In this document: positions 57,719 to 64,000 of the stretch, piece by piece
Layout of the letters: the number at the start of each line of letters is the position of its first letter
Position numbering within the stretch: the first letter of the stretch is position 1
Position numbers and translations under genes: made by a program
From: a virus
Virus record (IMG/VR): IMGVR_UViG_3300032241_002679
Location: 77,844-141,843 of that record
DNA length: 64,000 nucleotides
Reading direction: 5' to 3' (one strand)
The notes under the pieces: model-generated
The model's input: the letters and a program-made list of their open reading frames with translations, nothing else
Told to the model about the DNA's origin: nothing
Database searches by the model: none

Positions 57719-59172
57719 CATTCACAAACTTACCCTCAGATTATTTCCTAAAACGTATACCATTCCTTAAATCATTTGATGATTTTTCTGACCAAAAACA
57801 TATTTTTTTTACAAAAAAATCATATAATAAAAATGTCAGTGTAATGAATGGTAGTAATCTATTTAAATTTAAAATGTTAAATATATCAATAGAATTCTAT
57901 TATTATACCTATAGACCTAATAAAAATAATCAACTATTTAATATTATACTTAGTACTAAATTCTATCCAACGTTTGATAGAGATACTGATGATATTACTA
58001 AAAATGTCTTAATACAGACATTCAGACTCATTGAACAAAAATTATCCTATAGTCAAGAACTTATTTCTAAGACAGATAGTTTACCTGATAATGAAATGGA
58101 TAGAATTATTAATGAAGTTAATAAAAAATTCTTCGAATTAGAGGAATATGTAAATGACAAAATGAAACTAAATAACCCCCTAGATGAGACCAAAACTTTT
58201 ATTAAAAATAAATTAAAAACTTTATTAGAGACATATAAAGCACCTAAATTCGATGATGAATTAAAAGCTATTTCAAATCCATTCCAAAGACATATAAAAC
58301 CATTATCAAAAGAAGAATTAAATAAAATAAAAATTATTAATACGGAGGCTAAACAAATCGCAATAGCTTATCGTAACGCCTTTGAAAATAATCTTAATAA
58401 ATTTAGAGCCAATTATAGAGGCAGAATAATCGAAGGAATTATACCAGACTCATTCAAAAATGATAAAAATAATATAAATTATTTCGATGATCCGACAATT
58501 GGCGATGGCGGCATGCAAATGAAATTAAATAAAGAGGGAGAATTAATCGCAACTAATGTTAAAGCAAGCCCAAAAATGGCTGATAATCCTGAATTATCAT
58601 CAGCCACAGATGCTGGCTCCTATTATGACTATCAAGGCGCTATTAGATACTTCAGAATTAATGTCGGAATAGAGGGAAAATATAATGAAAATAAAAAATA
58701 TTCCGTATTCATTACCCCAGATATGGATGCTGAAATAAAAACTAGAGTCGCCTTTAATAAAGAAATTATTTCATTCCTAAACCCATCACAATCATATATG
58801 GACGATACAGCAAAAGAAAAAGCTAATACAATGGAACTATTCCCATTCCTAAACGCAGTGAGAAGTAATGCTGAAGAAATATTATCTGATTTATATAAAA
58901 CTACTATATCACTGAAAGCTAATCCAGTATGGATCGAATTTAGAAATAAATACCAAAAAATAGCTCCAAATACCGTATTCAATTCAAAAGACCTGAATGC
59001 TGAAATATCTGATTTAGTTCAGAAATATAAAATCAAAAATTTATTTAAACAAAAAAAAGATACGCCAATTAGTATGAATCCAGATGAATTGGCTGACTTC
59101 GAAAAAAAAGAAAAAGAAAAAGCCGATAGATTGGCAAAATTTAAAGCTAGAAAAAAAATATTAAAACAATAG
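57715..59172 (+). CDS. Modular probable internal head protein
   Basis: N-terminal module paralogous to 25726-27249; NPLDE/TKTFIKNKLKTLLE internal leader. Confidence 0.6.
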   Translation: MTFTNLPSDYFLKRIPFLKSFDDFSDQKHIFFTKKSYNKNVSVMNGSNLFKFKMLNISIEFYYYTYRPNKNNQLFNIILSTKFYPTFDRDTDDITKNVLIQTFRLIEQKLSYSQELISKTDSLPDNEMDRIINEVNKKFFELEEYVNDKMKLNNPLDETKTFIKNKLKTLLETYKAPKFDDELKAISNPFQRHIKPLSKEELNKIKIINTEAKQIAIAYRNAFENNLNKFRANYRGRIIEGIIPDSFKNDKNNINYFDDPTIGDGGMQMKLNKEGELIATNVKASPKMADNPELSSATDAGSYYDYQGAIRYFRINVGIEGKYNENKKYSVFITPDMDAEIKTRVAFNKEIISFLNPSQSYMDDTAKEKANTMELFPFLNAVRSNAEEILSDLYKTTISLKANPVWIEFRNKYQKIAPNTVFNSKDLNAEISDLVQKYKIKNLFKQKKDTPISMNPDELADFEKKEKEKADRLAKFKARKKILKQ

Positions 59173-60312
59173 CGTACTTTCAAATATATTAGACTTCTTG
59201 GGAATAAATTTATCATTTAATTTATAATCCATTAAATTAAAATCATTCAATTTATTGTTGACCTCATTATATAATGACTCAGGAGCATCCTCATTCTTAT
59301 ATCCCCTGAACTGATTTATATATAATTCGTTATTTCTAATTTTTAATTCTAATGTATAGCCATTTATATGATAAATACCACTAAAACCACCTTCAATATA
59401 ATTTACATACGTAGCGACACAATGCTTCTGCTTAAATCCCTCACTCATTAAATCCTTATTAGTCTTTAATATTCTATAATCACTTGATTCAGCAAATTTT
59501 AAAAATATCGGATGTATATTCAAATCCCTTAATTCCTCACAACTTATTAATATATCATTAATCTCAGCACTCCAATTGTCATGCTCCATCTTCAGCCTCT
59601 TAGAACCCCATTTACAATTTATCTTACGATCCAATATCTTAGCTAATCTACATGTATCACTGAAATAATTATCCTTAACTAACTCAGACTTAAAACTCTC
59701 TAAATTAATTAAATTTGACTTAATATATGTCCATCGCTTAAATATATCATCATCATCATTCTTGAGACTTAAACCATTTATTATTTCCTTACAGACTGGT
59801 AATGGCAATTTTAAAAAATACTTAATAGAATCATTATAATTATATAACTTATATCTCACAAATGTATTAAATGATTTATTATTCAATATACTATGCTCAA
59901 ATATAAACCTAATCCAACTAAACTTCTTAATTAAATAATTAATTACGTAATTATCAAAATTTAACTTATCATAACCATAACCATAAAATTGAAAAATAAA
60001 ACTATTCAATATTCTCATCGTCAATGGCCTAATTAACTTATTTCCTGTATAATAAAACTTACCATTCTTATACCTAATACTGGAACTTATCTTCTCATTA
60101 CTATATCTCTTATTCGTAATGCTAATACCATATTTCTTCTTATATATTACAAATGCAAAATCATCACCATCCTCATATAAAACTAACCTATTATTTATTA
60201 TATCAAGATTATTGTTTAAAAATAAAACCCTAGCTCTATGCGGATTCTCAGCATAAACCTTCATTATCTTGTCAAAATTAGATGACTTAGTCTCAGCAAT
60301 TAATTTATGCAT
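59161..60312 (-). CDS. PcfJ-like domain protein
   Basis: EHDNW..L..EGFKQKHCVATY..TLEL..QFRGYKN; likely start MHKLIAE after TATTTTTG. Confidence 0.7.
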   Translation of the reverse strand: MHKLIAETKSSNFDKIMKVYAENPHRARVLFLNNNLDIINNRLVLYEDGDDFAFVIYKKKYGISITNKRYSNEKISSSIRYKNGKFYYTGNKLIRPLTMRILNSFIFQFYGYGYDKLNFDNYVINYLIKKFSWIRFIFEHSILNNKSFNTFVRYKLYNYNDSIKYFLKLPLPVCKEIINGLSLKNDDDDIFKRWTYIKSNLINLESFKSELVKDNYFSDTCRLAKILDRKINCKWGSKRLKMEHDNWSAEINDILISCEELRDLNIHPIFLKFAESSDYRILKTNKDLMSEGFKQKHCVATYVNYIEGGFSGIYHINGYTLELKIRNNELYINQFRGYKNEDAPESLYNEVNNKLNDFNLMDYKLNDKFIPKKSNIFESTLLF

Positions 60313-60363
60313 CTCTATCAATTTTTGACAAAAATACATAAAAAATATATAAAAACTAAATAA

Positions 60364-60837
60364 TTATTTACTTAAATTAGCATAATAATTTATATAACGC
60401 TTTAAACACCTAGACTTAATCTCTATCCACTTCTTCATATTAACCTTAATATCCATCGAAATACTTAACTTTAAACCCTCACTCCATGCCATAAATTCTT
60501 CCTCAAGACTACTTACTATATATGAATTCCTTCTCATATATTTCTTATTATTCTTGATTAACTTAATCTCCTCAGCATAAGCTATCACTGGAAACCTCTT
60601 CTCAAAATTATCCCAATTTTTCCTCAATTCATGATGACCTAACTCATGTAACATCAAATATACTTGATTCTCAATAGTCTCCTTAGCTTGAATATGCAAT
60701 ATACTGGGATTATATAAATTATTTCTGTCCCAACTAATAAATGAATAATCATCCTCAAAAGATATATCTATAAAACCCTCAGACTCAGCATACTGCCTTA
60801 ATTTCTCCAATGCCTTCTTATAACTATATCTCGCCAT
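60364..60837 (-). CDS. HEXXH metallopeptidase-like protein
   Basis: LMLHELGHHEL..EEEFMAWSEG; ATATTTAT 4 nt upstream. Confidence 0.7.
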   Translation of the reverse strand: MARYSYKKALEKLRQYAESEGFIDISFEDDYSFISWDRNNLYNPSILHIQAKETIENQVYLMLHELGHHELRKNWDNFEKRFPVIAYAEEIKLIKNNKKYMRRNSYIVSSLEEEFMAWSEGLKLSISMDIKVNMKKWIEIKSRCLKRYINYYANLSK

Positions 60838-60917
60838 ATCTATAAATATAAGAATTCTTACATTTATATGTCAATTCTTTAATAATTATTAATATTTATA
60901 TTCATAAAAATGAATAT

Positions 60918-61325
60918 ATGAATTTAAAAGATTTTAATTATTGGCATGATAAAATTGGCATTATTACAGAGAATGATCTTAAACTCGTCTCCAAAAAAAG
61001 AATGATTAATAATCTATATAAATTATTAAAAAAAAATAAAATAGAAAAAATTTATAATGATGAATATTGGAATGGCATTAGAGAATTAGAAAAAACCCTT
61101 AAAGAATTTGGCGTTGATTACGAATTACAATCAGCTGACTACTATCACCTAACAGATTCTAACTCACAATTGCCAAATGGTAAACAATATGTCTATGATA
61201 TTACTTTCACTGATAATGACCAAAAAAATCATCACATAGACCTCATCGTAAATTGCGCCTTTGTCGGAAAAACTGGTACCATGGAAGATGATAAATATGA
61301 ATTGACCTATTATTTCGCAGCATAA
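60918..61325 (+). CDS. Hypothetical late protein
   Basis: ATATTTAT at 60892; IITE site. Confidence 0.55.
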   Translation: MNLKDFNYWHDKIGIITENDLKLVSKKRMINNLYKLLKKNKIEKIYNDEYWNGIRELEKTLKEFGVDYELQSADYYHLTDSNSQLPNGKQYVYDITFTDNDQKNHHIDLIVNCAFVGKTGTMEDDKYELTYYFAA

Positions 61326-61345
61326 TTAAAAAAATATAAATTTAA

Positions 61346-62560
61346 TTAAACTTTATCCAACTTAAACATATACTCCTTAGAAAAATTATCATACCCACTA
61401 TTTCGAACTATTTCCTTAACCTTATCAACAGTATACCTATTTAACAAATAATTTAAAAACTCATTTATACTACCACCACTATTCCTTAATTCAAAAAAAT
61501 AATCCATATCCTCAATACTCAAATATCCACCATACTTATAACCATTAAAATATATTCCCCTCAAATCTTCCAATTTATCCGCACCATCAACAGCTTCCCA
61601 CTTATCATACTTTTCAGTATCATAATTATAACCCAAACGATATAACCCCCACATACTAGCAAAATCCTTTTTCACCCCAAATCTTTTTCCATGTACCTTA
61701 TATTCATAAAACTGCTTTAAATTACTAACACCAACTTTGCGCATCATTCGTGTTAATATCTCCACAACCTCTCTAAACTTCCCACCCTTGCCCATCTTAA
61801 AATGATTATGAATATCAGCCATTATTCCTTCCAAACTATGATTGTTATACATCATGCTACTCATTATATTATGAATCGAATATAAATCAGCTTCCAATTC
61901 ATGCTTAGCAATAAACTTACCAACATCTCTTTTAAACAATTCATAATCATCCAAATATTTCTCATTATAAAACATTAAAGCCAATATGCCCTCATATCTA
62001 TCATTTAATGAAGAAACATGCCCATCAACATCTTCACCCCCGCCAATCTTATCATTAATCTTGTTTTTGCCCATAAACATATCCTTGTCATTGGCATATA
62101 CATTTATTTCAACTCCCTTGGATTTCCCCAATTTTAATACCTCATATAATCCCCTTTCAAAATTTTCATTTTTTTCATCATACAATATATCCACCCTTTT
62201 AATGTATTTGGTTACTTGAGAAATAACAGCCTTGTCAGATAATAAACGGTCCTCAAATTCATCTTTGTGACTTCCTCCCCAATAATTAACAGGCTTGGAA
62301 CTATAATTATAATTTAACTTCAAGCCATTAAACACAATCCCGACAACATTTGTCCTGCCACCATGAAACCCTTGTTTTACACTGCCACTACGACTTAATG
62401 ATAAAAAAAATACCTTTTTATCAAATTCATCCGATGTGCCGCCTAATGACGTGGATAAATTAATCTTGTCACTTTTTAATATGTCCAATAAATTCCTGAG
62501 ATACGTAAAATGATACTCCTCAGGTTGCAAAATCTCATTTAAAACCGACATTATCTTCAT
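61346..62560 (-). CDS. Probable virion-packaged ART-like protein
   Basis: MKIMSVLNE leader; YHFT..LDILKSD..FLSLSRS..DEFEDRL; start reassigned from 62644. Confidence 0.55.
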   Translation of the reverse strand: MKIMSVLNEILQPEEYHFTYLRNLLDILKSDKINLSTSLGGTSDEFDKKVFFLSLSRSGSVKQGFHGGRTNVVGIVFNGLKLNYNYSSKPVNYWGGSHKDEFEDRLLSDKAVISQVTKYIKRVDILYDEKNENFERGLYEVLKLGKSKGVEINVYANDKDMFMGKNKINDKIGGGEDVDGHVSSLNDRYEGILALMFYNEKYLDDYELFKRDVGKFIAKHELEADLYSIHNIMSSMMYNNHSLEGIMADIHNHFKMGKGGKFREVVEILTRMMRKVGVSNLKQFYEYKVHGKRFGVKKDFASMWGLYRLGYNYDTEKYDKWEAVDGADKLEDLRGIYFNGYKYGGYLSIEDMDYFFELRNSGGSINEFLNYLLNRYTVDKVKEIVRNSGYDNFSKEYMFKLDKV

Positions 62561-62584
62561 AACTAATAAATATACAATACCCCT

Positions 62585-62822
62585 CCAAAAAATTTTACCC
62601 AAAAATTTTAAAAAAAATTTTTTGAAAAATACCCCACCCCTCATATTTTTTTTGAAAAATTTGGCGGAAAAATAAAATTGTTACCCACTCATATTTTTTA
62701 TAAAAATTTCCAAAAATTTTTTGTTTATAGGATCGTCCCCCTTATATGGGCAACCGCCAGGGGGGTATGTAAGGGGGGTAACGTAGGGAGGGGTATATAG
62801 GGAGGGGTATATAGGGAGGGGT
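62585..62822. repeat. Non-coding phased A/T tracts followed by a G-rich tandem repeat
   Basis: Repeated AAAAATTTT; about 2.8 copies of tagggaggggtata at 62784-62822; G6 tracts at 62760 and 62773. Confidence 0.85.
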
Positions 62823-62886
62823 CATATAAGTTAATTATAGCCTATTTAAGACAATATATTTATAAAGTAATATAAACGTATGGGCA

Positions 62887-62917
62887 AAATTATAGCCCTG
62901 TAAAAGGGCTATAATTT
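62887..62917 (-). terminator. Hairpin/terminator after the 62934 gene
   Basis: aaattatagccct-gtaaa-agggctataattt. Confidence 0.65.
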
Positions 62918-62933
62918 AGTTTAAAATGATTGG

Positions 62934-63509
62934 TTAAATTGTAACCTCGTCAATAACATAACGCTTGCCGTTTATGTTTATCTTTAAAATATTGTCAAGG
63001 TAAACCTTGCGCCAAATAATTTCCTTATCTGTTCCCTGATTCTCCGCTTTGTGTACCACTGGGAGAAAAGGCGCTATTTCATTTTTTGAAATTTCCTTGC
63101 CATTGTGGTAATATTTAACTCTTGGGCGTAATTTTTCGTTACTTGTTGGCGCATACTGCACAACGTCCTTATCTTTAAATTTGCCTATAAAAATATTATT
63201 TTCGCCAAAATCTAATGGCATTGTATTTTTACCTTGCTGGTATTCCGTTGCTTCCTTGTTTTCCTTAGCAAGTTGATTAACTACTCGTTTTGAATATTCC
63301 ACGTTTAAGCATACATTCACATAGGATAGTTTTTTTGCGCCAATGTAAGGATTCGGTGCTTTTGTGTCCCTATGCTTTACTACACATTTTGGCTCTGTTA
63401 ACTGCCATATAGAAGCAAAGATATTTGAGTTCTCAGCGAATTGTAGTGAGTATAACATTTTACTCAATTCTTTGCGGCTAATTACTTGGGGTGCATTGTT
63501 AGATTTCAT
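62934..63509 (-). CDS. Hypothetical early-type protein
   Basis: 191 aa; C-terminal WRKVYLDNILKININGKRY. Confidence 0.65.
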   Translation of the reverse strand: MKSNNAPQVISRKELSKMLYSLQFAENSNIFASIWQLTEPKCVVKHRDTKAPNPYIGAKKLSYVNVCLNVEYSKRVVNQLAKENKEATEYQQGKNTMPLDFGENNIFIGKFKDKDVVQYAPTSNEKLRPRVKYYHNGKEISKNEIAPFLPVVHKAENQGTDKEIIWRKVYLDNILKININGKRYVIDEVTI

Positions 63510-63577
63510 AATATTTAAAATTTAGACTGTAAAATTAATTTTAATTTTGATACAATCCAAATTTTTGAATAAAAAAG

Positions 63578-63597
63578 TTATTAACATTTGTGGATAA
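63578..63597. promoter_or_regulatory. Inverted pair of DnaA-box-like sites
   Basis: TTATTAACA (63578-63586) and TGTGGATAA (63589-63597, a perfect TTATCCACA on the minus strand). Confidence 0.6.
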
Positions 63598-63743
63598 CTT
63601 TATTTTTGTATATAAAATACTTGGCCTATTTTTGTATTCGCAATTAGGCAAGACGTTTAAAAAACGGTAGGTATACTCCGACCTATACAATATTTTTTTT
63701 ATATCTTTAAAAAAATAAGGCCTGAAATTTCAGGCCATATTAT

Positions 63744-63971
63744 TCAATAAATTATCTTTTTATTTGCGTTCCAGTTGCCGTATTTTTCGGCAAAGGGATT
63801 TCCGCCAATAGTTTTTTGATACAATTTAATTACAGTCCCATGCGGCACGTCTAAAATATTGTAAGTTCCACCACCATCGAAGATTGAATAATTATCACCA
63901 TAAACAGGGATATTTTTGGCAATTTTCTCATTCAATTCTTTTTTACTTTTTGCTTTAATGTAGAGCTCCAT
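63744..63971 (-). CDS. Hypothetical early-type protein
   Basis: 75 aa; shares an upstream motif with the 62934 gene; palindrome ggcctgaaatttcaggcc downstream. Confidence 0.6.
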   Translation of the reverse strand: MELYIKAKSKKELNEKIAKNIPVYGDNYSIFDGGGTYNILDVPHGTVIKLYQKTIGGNPFAEKYGNWNANKKIIY

Positions 63972-64000
63972 GTGTTTAAATTTTAGAGTGTAAAAATAAT

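Noticed and set aside
62561-62644. N-terminal extension MRGGVFFKKFF of the 432-aa ORF, and similar extensions at 5454, 10826, 45991 and 56455
   Set aside because: They run through repeats, terminators, the late promoter or an opposite-strand gene; downstream ATGs fit better
1-64000. Stop-codon reassignment as in some Bacteroidota phages
   Set aside because: All long conserved genes are intact under the standard code, and TAG and TGA end genes at sensible positions
1-64000. CRISPR array, tRNA or rRNA genes
   Set aside because: No repeat-spacer periodicity or cloverleaf was recognised in the short intergenic regions; a tRNAscan run would confirm

Overview
AT-rich segment of a large T4-like (jumbo) myophage genome, standard genetic code. 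The host is probably a Bacteroidota, inferred from TAnnTTTG host-type promoters, the lack of Shine-Dalgarno sites and Bacteroidota-type secreted genes. Left: baseplate genes, then a minus-strand head module (major capsid, scaffold, prohead protease, portal, large terminase), then a cluster of modular probable internal-head proteins. Middle and right: accessory genes (vWA, LpxH-like phosphoesterase, glycosyltransferases, papain-like peptidase, DNA adenine MTase, split thymidylate synthase, NlpC/P60, KTSC, ClpB/C, ABC-ATPase/GNAT, thioredoxin, nucleotidyltransferase, ART-like proteins). A sharp compositional boundary lies at about 62.6-62.8 kb. Main observations: six inteins in five genes, one starting with Pro; two -1 slippage sites that join ORF pairs; a homing endonuclease cassette carrying a replacement 3' end of its host gene; a thyA split without an intron whose new ends look like a duplicated small domain; a gene enclosed by a 15-bp inverted repeat with a structured 5' leader; an ATATTTAT late-promoter regulon of at least 26 sites; and a family of capsid-targeting-like [ILV]-x-E leaders on enzymatic cargo. 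No tRNA, rRNA or CRISPR array was seen. All family assignments come from motif recognition by eye, not from database searches.
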